IMG/VR virus record: IMGVR_UViG_3300005290_000006
Location: 62,001 to 126,000 of that record
Direction: 5' to 3' (one strand)
From: an uncultured virus (IMG/VR IMGVR_UViG_3300005290_000006)
Taxonomy: Duplodnaviria > Heunggongvirae > Uroviricota > Caudoviricetes
Length of the DNA: 64,000 bases
Both the position numbers and the translations under genes were made by a program. Shown in pieces: positions 1 to 7,816 of this stretch; position 1 is the stretch's first letter; each line of letters begins with the position of its first letter. The notes beneath the pieces were generated by a model. That model searched no databases. It was not told the DNA's origin and saw only the letters and a list, made by a program, of their open reading frames with translations.

Positions 1-1094
1 CGCTACACAACAACACTCCCACGCGTCACATCCTGGGGAACCTGGATACCTTCTTGTTGAAGGACCACGACCTGGCCAAGGTAGACATTGTTTTCTTTGG
101 GGGTGATTTCTTTGAAGGCATGGTGGAACGTCCAAACCCTGACATGTATCGGGTAGAGGAGTGGGCCACCAGGACATTCCGAGAATTCGATAAGCACAAT
201 GTAATAACGGTCTTTCTGGCGGGTACTCAGTCTCACGACATGGGGCAACCGGCGCACTTCAAGTTCAATGCTCCGCCAAGTCTAGACTTCCGGTACATTG
301 ACACCCTCTGCATTGAAACATACGACAAGCTTGACGGCTTAACTGTCATGTACGTCCCGGACAACATGGGTGCATTGACTCCAGACGATATCTGGGAGAA
401 GGCCCTCAAGGTCCTTGCAGCTGCGAACCTCACTCAGGTTGACCTGATTGCCTTTCACGGGGCTTTCGAGTTCCAGCTGCATCCCAAGGCCCGACACAAG
501 GCACATAACCTTGAGCGTTGGGAATCCATTGCAAAGTACGCCATCTTTGCCGGCCATATCCACAAACCGGTACAGACGGGGAAGCTGTATACCTCGGGTA
601 GTTTCGATCGTGACAAACACGGCGAAGAATATCCAAAGGGCGGTTACTGCATTGACTTGGATTTGAAGACGGGTAAGTTTAATCCTGTCTTCTGGGAAAA
701 CAAGAACGCGTTGCCTTATCTCACGATGAATGTAACGCAGGACATCACACCGGAACAATTGGTGTCGGATGTTCATGCCTTTATACGGGATCACCGACTG
801 CCGAAAGGCGCTCATGTTCGCATCATGGGTGGAGCGGCGGAGATTGTGAACCCGGTGGTGACAGTGTTGGGGTACGAGTATCCTGACCTGCACATCAAAG
901 CGGAAAACGAGCTCAGCAAAGAAATCCTGCTGGACGAAGAGTTGTTTGACAGTACCGTGTACGAAGGTGTGACAATCGGTTGCGAGAACATTGCATCTTC
1001 GCTGAAAGCAGAAATGACCAAGTCGTTGGAAGAGTTGGAAAGAGCTGGCATTTCTGAAGATGAAGCATTCAACGTGTTGAAGGAGTTCCTATGA
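1..1094 (+). CDS. sbcD: SbcD/Mre11-like metallophosphoesterase nuclease, 5'-truncated (phiKZ gp65-like)
   Basis: Frame is open from the window edge. Motifs GGDFFE, AGTQSHD (GNHD variant), FHG, GHIH and SGS. The first DxH motif presumably lies upstream of the window. Confidence 0.85.
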   Translation, partial: LHNNTPTRHILGNLDTFLLKDHDLAKVDIVFFGGDFFEGMVERPNPDMYRVEEWATRTFREFDKHNVITVFLAGTQSHDMGQPAHFKFNAPPSLDFRYIDTLCIETYDKLDGLTVMYVPDNMGALTPDDIWEKALKVLAAANLTQVDLIAFHGAFEFQLHPKARHKAHNLERWESIAKYAIFAGHIHKPVQTGKLYTSGSFDRDKHGEEYPKGGYCIDLDLKTGKFNPVFWENKNALPYLTMNVTQDITPEQLVSDVHAFIRDHRLPKGAHVRIMGGAAEIVNPVVTVLGYEYPDLHIKAENELSKEILLDEELFDSTVYEGVTIGCENIASSLKAEMTKSLEELERAGISEDEAFNVLKEFL

Positions 1095-1897
1095 GATCTA
1101 CCGGTACATTGGGGATGTCCGTAGGGACTTCTCTTGCTTTCGAGGGTGAGGCGGCTAACAGCATACGCAGTGCGGACACAGTCATGTTCAATCTGCTGAC
1201 GCTGATCCGTAACGCTCACCAGTCTTACGAAACATCGGACACCGAACGGTTCGATGCCAAACAGATTGCTGAGGATGTTTCCAGTGATCTGCGGTTGCTG
1301 GGTGAGTGGATGGAAAAAGCCCGGCAGAACAAACCGATCCAGATGGTGGTGTATTACCCGGATTACAGTGCGTTAAAATCAGACTTCCCAAAAGCTGATC
1401 TGGTGGACCATTCGGAAACCTCCAAGGACGCTACCCCCAAGCAGAAGGCTTACTACAAGCTGGCGAAGGACGTCGCGAAGAAACTGGTGACCCAGTACGG
1501 GAAGTTGATTGTCGAGACCAAAGCAAAGTTACCGTCCTTCAATGGTAAAGGGATTGTATTGACGCACCATGTTGTCGATCTAACCACTGCCAGTGGGATT
1601 GGGAGACTCTGGCTACTGGAATCCCACACGGGGTCCTTGAAGCCTTTCACGCTTTGGTACACCAAACTTACCGGCGGCAATGAACTGCATTACATCCCGT
1701 TCAATCGCCTGACAATTCAGATCTTCGGCGACAAGTCGACCAACTTCAAAGCCTCCTCGCATGGCATCCGGGAGTTGGTGAAGAAGCTTGCCCAGGATAA
1801 TCACTGGACATCTGCTACGACCCTGGGTCGTATAAGGGGCACCATCAACAGTCTTCCGCAAGGTGTGGATAAAGCTGGCCTATTGCTCATGCTTTAA
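1091..1897 (+). CDS. Conserved jumbo-phage protein (gp66 position), function unknown
   Basis: 268-aa ORF with ATGA overlap with the sbcD stop; syntenic position. Confidence 0.7.
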   Translation: MRSTGTLGMSVGTSLAFEGEAANSIRSADTVMFNLLTLIRNAHQSYETSDTERFDAKQIAEDVSSDLRLLGEWMEKARQNKPIQMVVYYPDYSALKSDFPKADLVDHSETSKDATPKQKAYYKLAKDVAKKLVTQYGKLIVETKAKLPSFNGKGIVLTHHVVDLTTASGIGRLWLLESHTGSLKPFTLWYTKLTGGNELHYIPFNRLTIQIFGDKSTNFKASSHGIRELVKKLAQDNHWTSATTLGRIRGTINSLPQGVDKAGLLLML

Positions 1898-1967
1898 TCC
1901 CACTGCAACCCAATGTATATAGACGAAAACTTCTTCATTTTCTAAATTCTTATTTAAGGTCATCACC

Positions 1968-2699
1968 ATGAACGGTAACAACAACGGTCAACGTCCTGCT
2001 TTCACACCCCGCAAGAAAACTCTGCTGACCGACTACCGTCAGCCACACCCGACTTCCATCGAGCCGGTGGCCGGTGCTAAGTACCCTGCACAGCTGATGT
2101 GGGATCAAGCCAACAACGGCAAGATCATGCTGAAGGTCAACGATGGTGTCTATAAAGAAGGCGCCAAGACCAACCACAAAGAAGTGGAGATGGATTACGC
2201 TCACCGTGGTGTGTTGTTCGAATCGCTGCTCGAAGCCAGTCAAGATCCAAACTTCCAGACCAAGCAGATCCCGGTCCAGTGGAAGCAGTTCGTCTTCGCC
2301 GGTGGCAGCGGTCGCATGTCCGACGCTCCGGTACTGCAAGCCTTCCTGACAGTCACCCGCACCAAGGACGGCATCATCATCCTGGGCTACAGCAAGGGCG
2401 ACTACAAAGTCCAGTTCAAGTTCAAAGGTCCGAAAGAGACCACCGTGTTCGTGAAGAACGACGCCGGCGAGCGCGTTGAAGATCACGGCATCATGTCGCG
2501 TTGGGCAGTACGCGCCTGGATCCACTTCCACCGTCCAATCCTGGACCGCATGGAAATGGATGGCTGGGAAGCACCGAAGCCTAAAGAAGGCGCCGGTGGC
2601 AACTCCAATGGTAACCAAAACCGCACCGGCGGTGGTGGCAACAACAACTCGGGTGGATTCGATGACAGCAATACTTTCGATGACGATGTCGATTTCTAA
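1968..2699 (+). CDS. chmC: ChmC-like phage-nucleus-associated nucleic-acid-binding protein (gp67 position)
   Basis: Directly upstream of gp68- and PicA-like genes. Beta-rich core flanked by N/G-rich disordered termini (MNGNNNGQ; GGNSNGNQNRTGGGGNNNSGG) and an acidic tip, as recalled for ChmC. Identity inferred from synteny and architecture. Confidence 0.65.
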   Translation: MNGNNNGQRPAFTPRKKTLLTDYRQPHPTSIEPVAGAKYPAQLMWDQANNGKIMLKVNDGVYKEGAKTNHKEVEMDYAHRGVLFESLLEASQDPNFQTKQIPVQWKQFVFAGGSGRMSDAPVLQAFLTVTRTKDGIIILGYSKGDYKVQFKFKGPKETTVFVKNDAGERVEDHGIMSRWAVRAWIHFHRPILDRMEMDGWEAPKPKEGAGGNSNGNQNRTGGGGNNNSGGFDDSNTFDDDVDF

Positions 2700-2717
2700 G
2701 ACATAAACCTTTAATTC

Positions 2718-2745
2718 CGAACGCAGGGGGTTTCCTCTGCGTTCG
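2718..2745 (+). terminator. Stem-loop after chmC-like gene
   Basis: cgaacgcagggg / cctctgcgttcg inverted repeat. Confidence 0.6.
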
Positions 2746-2773
2746 ATTAACGGACTTATGGCTCGTTGGATAT

Positions 2774-2800
2774 TTTTAAGCCTACATTATTAGTAGGTAT
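2774..2800 (+). promoter_or_regulatory. Putative early (virion-RNAP) promoter, copy 1
   Basis: TTTTAAGCCTACATTATTAG; motif recurs at 7742, 54986 and 60518; resembles the phiKZ early consensus TTTaA..TATATTAC. Confidence 0.65.
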
Positions 2801-2829
2801 AGTGACAATTGTAACCTTCCATCTGGAGT

Positions 2830-4392
2830 ATGTCCATGTTCAATATTGAGGTCCGCCGTAGCAGTAAGAAAACGATAGAAGCTATTATCGTGACGCTCAA
2901 CGATAAGCTGTTGCGTTTCAACGGTAAGGCCACCGTCCGGTTGGAGAAGGTATTAAAGGAAAAGGACGACAAAGAAACCAATCTGTTTGACTGCTTCAAC
3001 GAATACGTCGAGGCTACGTTCTCCAATGAAAAGAAGAACGAGCTGTTTAAGCTGTACGCGAAAGCACACGCCATTGTCGAGAGCGGTAAGTTTCAGGACT
3101 ACCGTACTGAGATTTCTCAGGTGCTTCCGATCTCAGATCAACTGATTGAGTTTGTTAACGTCGACAAGTACTGTGCGTTTGTTCAGTATTCCCGTCACCT
3201 ACAGATTCCACCAGACCTGAGTGTAGCGGCCAGCAAAGGGGATTACCCGGCAGAGACCACCATCACGGATATCGATTACGTTGAGATGGTAAAGTTTGCC
3301 TTCGTGGTGCGTACTCTCTTCCCTGTGATCTTCTCCCTGCTGTACCGGTTCGATAGCACGATGGGTCCTGGTCACGCCGAACTGGTGTGCGGCGATCTGA
3401 TCAAGAACAACCCACGCATCAACCAAATGCCGGGCTGGCACAAACTGTACAACTACGTGCGGTTTGCGTTCGGTAAACGCGGTATCCCGTCGCAAGTAGA
3501 CGCGGTAGCCAGTAACGAGTACTTCACCGAGAAGGTTCTGTTCAACACGATCTTCAGTCGCCTGTGCTGCGCAGTCATCCCGGAAACGGAAGACGGCAAG
3601 AACTTGGCCACTGCGATCAACGCCTCGGTTAAGCAACATGAGACCAGCGGCAGTAAGCTGAACAAGAAAGACTTCTCTGACGGTGATGATGACGATAAGC
3701 GCTCGATCTATGAACGCTATCAAGTCGCTGAGCAAGTGAAGACCGCGAACGAAGAAAAGCAGGCCAGCTACTTCGACTTCGGTTTGTTCAACGAGAAAGA
3801 AGAAGACCGTCACCACGATCGGTTCAAGTATCAGGCAATGGGTCTCGGCATTAAACAGCCGGAGCTGATCGAAGCTATTTACGATCGCTTGCCCCCTAAC
3901 TGGAATTTTGAACTGCACGACCATATTCTTAAGCTGCTTCAATTGACCTACGCCGGTGAATGTTCGCCGATGGTCTTCTGGACTTTCAACTACACCCAGC
4001 TCATGGCGGCGATTGCCTGCGGTCAAGTGCGGTTGGCAGAGATGGGGTTCAAGTACCTTCCATCCATCATGGGTGCGATCCACAATCCAGACGGCATGCG
4101 TAGCTTGTCAGAAGGTTTGAAACTGAACACAGACGACAAAGAGTTCTTCACGTCGATCTGTGACATTCAGTCCCGTAACAACGAAGGCCGCTCGTTTAAC
4201 GAAGCCATCGTCGCCGCTACCGAGTTCCTTGAGAAGCTGGGTAACGGCATCTGGATGTCTAACCTCGAGTATGGGGTGCTCGATGATCCAGAGATTTACC
4301 AACGAGTTGCACGCGGATCTGTTTTCCCGATCGATATCGAAGTAGAGATCAAGAACGAATTCGTCGCACTGAACCGCCACAATAACACCTGA
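2830..4392 (+). CDS. nvRNAP promoter-specificity subunit (gp68-like)
   Basis: 520 aa helical protein with GGAG RBS; size and position two genes upstream of the nvRNAP beta gene block match gp68. Confidence 0.65.
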   Translation: MSMFNIEVRRSSKKTIEAIIVTLNDKLLRFNGKATVRLEKVLKEKDDKETNLFDCFNEYVEATFSNEKKNELFKLYAKAHAIVESGKFQDYRTEISQVLPISDQLIEFVNVDKYCAFVQYSRHLQIPPDLSVAASKGDYPAETTITDIDYVEMVKFAFVVRTLFPVIFSLLYRFDSTMGPGHAELVCGDLIKNNPRINQMPGWHKLYNYVRFAFGKRGIPSQVDAVASNEYFTEKVLFNTIFSRLCCAVIPETEDGKNLATAINASVKQHETSGSKLNKKDFSDGDDDDKRSIYERYQVAEQVKTANEEKQASYFDFGLFNEKEEDRHHDRFKYQAMGLGIKQPELIEAIYDRLPPNWNFELHDHILKLLQLTYAGECSPMVFWTFNYTQLMAAIACGQVRLAEMGFKYLPSIMGAIHNPDGMRSLSEGLKLNTDDKEFFTSICDIQSRNNEGRSFNEAIVAATEFLEKLGNGIWMSNLEYGVLDDPEIYQRVARGSVFPIDIEVEIKNEFVALNRHNNT

Positions 4393-4419
4393 ACAATTTT
4401 GTAACTAAGAGGCAGTATC

Positions 4420-5856
4420 ATGGATATCACTTTGGTCCAAGCTGTATTCGGTATGGGCAACCAGAACCACGACCACGTTCACCGCCACAACACCATGAAC
4501 CTGGACAGCATGGCGCTCGACACCCTGAAGATGGAACAGCACTCTGGCGGCATCATGGCCAGTACGCTGAACGACATGGCGTCGATGGCTGGTGGTCTGT
4601 CCCCTCAGCCTCAAGGCATGGTTAACGTTGAAGGTGGCTGGAACCAACGCCGCGGTATCGGCATGATGCGTTTCAACGTGACCCAGAATGCGCTGCTTGC
4701 ACAAGAGCTGTCGGTTGTGGGTTATCTGGTGGGTGGTCACGCAGACGTCTCCGGTGTGAGCACCGACACCATCTTCGTTCCAGTGCGAGCCTGGACCACT
4801 CTGGCACAGAACGTAGCCGGCGCCGACGGATTCCCAATGACCAAAACGGTTGTGGAATCCTCCCATCAATTCCTCATGGGCGACCCCGATCAGGTTAAAG
4901 ACCTCAAGTCGGTACGTCCACTCGATATCGGTAACGAAGCGCTGGGCTTCCTGGCCTGCGAGAACGAAGGGCAGGGTGATCGCTTTGCCGGTACAGTGGG
5001 CACTGATCTGAAGACTACCATGGTGGTGTCGAAGACTCAGAACCTCAACCCGACCCACCACAGCCGTGAACTGTTGCGTCTGGCAACTGCGGCCGGGGCA
5101 GCGGCGGAATACGGTAGCCTGGAAATGGGTATTGCCGACGGCTTGGCTGGTCAAGGTATTGGCGAAATCGGTGTAACCGACAACCCGTTCTTTGCTACCA
5201 TGATGTTCGGTACTGGCGCACACAGCATGATGGGGTTCCACGGTTTCTCGGTGGGTGAGATCAGTTCGGTCTTCATCAACTTCGGTGAGGTCCTGAACCT
5301 GAACCTGCTGGAAACCGGTAACTTTGCGGCCGACAACAATCTGGCGGTCAGCGAAGCCTATGGTACTGGTCGCGCTCACGAGATCATTGCATCTGAACTG
5401 GCGTTCCTGACGGTTCACCTGTTGCTGCAATGCGGTCTGGCAAGCCTGCACTTCTCCGGCACCAACAACCCAATGGACTTCAACGGTCTGGTAGGTTCCG
5501 ATGACGGCGTGGTAATCCTGCCGGGTGAAGCCATGTCGGTGCTCAACCACGACGACCATGTGGCCAACCGGGTGGAGATGTTCAAGGACCTGCTGAAGAC
5601 TCACTTCTTCCGGAAGTACACGTCGGTCTACGCGCATCAGAAAACCATCATGAACGTGGAAGTCGACTCGTTCATGTTCGGTGAAACCACCGTGGCCATC
5701 TGCTTCAATGGCGAGATGCACACCATCAAGCAGTACACCAACGCGACCTATTGCATCAATCGGACCAGTACCAACATCTCCGGTTCTGACATCGGCTTGT
5801 CCGCCGCCAAGAGCTACCTTAACAACATTAAAGAACACTTTGGCGAAGGCCACTGA
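4420..5856 (+). CDS. picA: PicA/Imp1-like phage-nucleus protein import factor (gp69-like)
   Basis: 478 aa with GAGG RBS, immediately after the gp68-like gene; assignment by synteny. Confidence 0.65.
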   Translation: MDITLVQAVFGMGNQNHDHVHRHNTMNLDSMALDTLKMEQHSGGIMASTLNDMASMAGGLSPQPQGMVNVEGGWNQRRGIGMMRFNVTQNALLAQELSVVGYLVGGHADVSGVSTDTIFVPVRAWTTLAQNVAGADGFPMTKTVVESSHQFLMGDPDQVKDLKSVRPLDIGNEALGFLACENEGQGDRFAGTVGTDLKTTMVVSKTQNLNPTHHSRELLRLATAAGAAAEYGSLEMGIADGLAGQGIGEIGVTDNPFFATMMFGTGAHSMMGFHGFSVGEISSVFINFGEVLNLNLLETGNFAADNNLAVSEAYGTGRAHEIIASELAFLTVHLLLQCGLASLHFSGTNNPMDFNGLVGSDDGVVILPGEAMSVLNHDDHVANRVEMFKDLLKTHFFRKYTSVYAHQKTIMNVEVDSFMFGETTVAICFNGEMHTIKQYTNATYCINRTSTNISGSDIGLSAAKSYLNNIKEHFGEGH

Positions 5857-5870
5857 GAGGGTAACAACTC

Positions 5871-7313
5871 ATGAACGAATTGAATAAGCTTTACGCCGCG
5901 ATGCTCAAATCCTGGAACTCCGTGATCAAGGACGACGGGCGCATCATGTTCGTGGTGAATGGCGAAGAGTACCCGATCCGTATCGACGAAATGGACATGT
6001 ACCTGCCACTGTCCAACATCCTCGACAACAACATCGTCAACAAGGTGTTCTTCCACCCGGCCTGTGAGAACATCACCTCGAAGGAAACCGAGGTCTTCAA
6101 GATCATTCGCAAGATGACCTGCATGAAGTTGCTGTCGGTCTTCCGCAGCTACCCTATCGTGCTGTTCAGCATCGCCAGTGGCGAGAAACCGAAGAAGGCC
6201 TGGCGTCAGGATATCATCGACATGGTCGAGCCGCTCAAGGGCGCCAAGCGGTCGGTACGTGATGAACTGAATGGTCTGTTCGGTCGTATGCACATCGAGC
6301 TGGAAGAAAACGGACTCGACAACCGTTTCATCCACTTCACCGTAACCAAGGGCGGCGGTCGTAGCCAAGCCACTGGCGAGCGCGTGTACTACAAGACCAA
6401 ACCGTCGTTCCCGTTCTACGACGAGATCGTCAAACGTCTGGCTCGCTCTGAAGGTCAGGCCGACAACCAAATGGTCGAGATCAACAACCACTCCGTGTCG
6501 CGTGCGGCATTGAAGTTGGCTGTGCATCTGTTCCAGTCGATCCTGCCGGCTGTTATCTCCCCGGGTGACTACACTTACGAATCGACCACTCCGGTGGCTG
6601 CTCGTTTGATCTCCTACCTGGGCTGCTACGCTGAAATCGCCGAGCAACTGAACAAGGTGCAAAATACCTTCCGCGGCGACTTCGACAAAGCCGGCGTGTA
6701 CATGATCGATCTGGGCTGGACCGAGCACCTGGAGGAGCTGCCGGAAACCTACCGTCAAGTTCCGATCATGGACTACAACAGCCACAACACCCAGGACGAA
6801 ACGCAACATCAAGCCATGGGTCGTAATGACATGGCTGGTCTGTTGTCGGTGAGCAGCACGGGTGGCGGCCAGCAAATGGTCACGACCACTCAGCAGCAGA
6901 ACCCGCAACAGCAACAAAACCTCATGGTGGGTGACTACGACCTGACCCCTCCAACCATGCAAGCGGGCGACCGTTATGTTCGGACGGAGATCGATCAGGC
7001 CAGCGGTCGCGTTCTGCACCACGCCATCAACACCATGACTGGCGGTCCTGTGGTTTACCACTGCACTCGTCGCGGCAACTTCTTGCAGCGTAACGAAATG
7101 AACGCCATGCAGATGCAGAACCAGGCGTTGATGAACAACATGATGGGCAACAACATGATGGGCGGCATGAATCCCATGATGATGATGATGCAACCCAACA
7201 TGATGGGTATGAACCCGATGATGATGATGCAACAGCCAATCACGGCTGGCGGTGTGGCACCGAGTGTTTACCCGGACAACAGCGGCGGCGGTGCCGGTCC
7301 TGCAACTTGGTAA
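5871..7313 (+). CDS. Conserved nucleus-block protein (gp70-like) with Q-rich linker and Met/Asn/Gly-rich C-terminal tail
   Basis: 480 aa; FFHPACENI in the core; tail NMMGNNMMGGMNPMMMMMQPNMMGMNPMMMMQ. Confidence 0.75.
   Translation: MNELNKLYAAMLKSWNSVIKDDGRIMFVVNGEEYPIRIDEMDMYLPLSNILDNNIVNKVFFHPACENITSKETEVFKIIRKMTCMKLLSVFRSYPIVLFSIASGEKPKKAWRQDIIDMVEPLKGAKRSVRDELNGLFGRMHIELEENGLDNRFIHFTVTKGGGRSQATGERVYYKTKPSFPFYDEIVKRLARSEGQADNQMVEINNHSVSRAALKLAVHLFQSILPAVISPGDYTYESTTPVAARLISYLGCYAEIAEQLNKVQNTFRGDFDKAGVYMIDLGWTEHLEELPETYRQVPIMDYNSHNTQDETQHQAMGRNDMAGLLSVSSTGGGQQMVTTTQQQNPQQQQNLMVGDYDLTPPTMQAGDRYVRTEIDQASGRVLHHAINTMTGGPVVYHCTRRGNFLQRNEMNAMQMQNQALMNNMMGNNMMGGMNPMMMMMQPNMMGMNPMMMMQQPITAGGVAPSVYPDNSGGGAGPATW
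7098..7229 (+). repeat. Coding ATG-rich imperfect tandem repeat (NMMG(G)MNPMMMM(M)Q x2)
   Basis: 21 Met in 44 codons, read directly from the sequence. Confidence 0.9.
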
Positions 7314-7332
7314 GTAAGCGGCCATAAGGCAT

Positions 7333-7360
7333 AGGTAGGGGAGCGCTGCTCCCCTACCCT
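7333..7360. terminator. Stem-loop between convergent genes
   Basis: ggtaggggagc-gct-gctcccctacc. Confidence 0.7.
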
Positions 7361-7381
7361 TTCCCTGCGCACATTTATTTT

Positions 7382-7711
7382 TTATCCCTGGACTGTATTA
7401 CTTCGGGAAATAGCGCTTGCAATTGTTGACTCATCCAGCAAGTAAATGGACGTCAAATGCGTGATGTCCTGCGTGGGGTCTTCGATCCCGTTGATGTACG
7501 CCGTGGCCCAGTACAGATAGGACTCAACGTTGAAGTAACGCAATAGCCGATAGATGTCATTGCGGTACGCATACAACACGTTCTTCTCAATGATGGGCTT
7601 GGTGTGGGCTGTGCGTTTCAACAGCTCCTTCTCGGATCGAACAAGGGTTTTAAAGCGTTCAGTAAAGAACACATCCTTGTCAGAATTGATCTCGTTATTG
7701 GGGATTGGCAT
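7382..7711 (-). CDS. Small protein with LysM/T4 gp53-like baseplate wedge motif
   Basis: Fills the intergenic gap; YWATAYINGIEDP resembles the W-x-I-x-x-x-N-x-I-x-DP motif of gp53/tail-X LysM domains. Function is inference. Confidence 0.55.
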   Translation of the reverse strand: MPIPNNEINSDKDVFFTERFKTLVRSEKELLKRTAHTKPIIEKNVLYAYRNDIYRLLRYFNVESYLYWATAYINGIEDPTQDITHLTSIYLLDESTIASAISRSNTVQG

Positions 7712-7741
7712 AAAGCTACCTGTTGAGAATGGGTTAACCGA

Positions 7742-7770
7742 TTTGAAGCCTATATTATCTACTTAGTAAG
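7742..7770 (+). promoter_or_regulatory. Putative early promoter, copy 2
   Basis: TTTGAAGCCTATATTATCTAC upstream of the nvRNAP beta gene. Confidence 0.65.
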
Positions 7771-7816
7771 CATCAATTTCTTTTTGTAATAGAGCATTAG
7801 TAGGTGGGAGACTGCG

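Noticed and set aside
1968..2699. Canonical OB-fold SSB
   Set aside because: Only the tail is SSB-like; the core lacks recognisable SSB motifs and synteny points to ChmC.
7098..7229. ATG repeat as an assembly artefact or CRISPR-like repeat
   Set aside because: It is in frame, synonymously diverged between units, and has no spacers.
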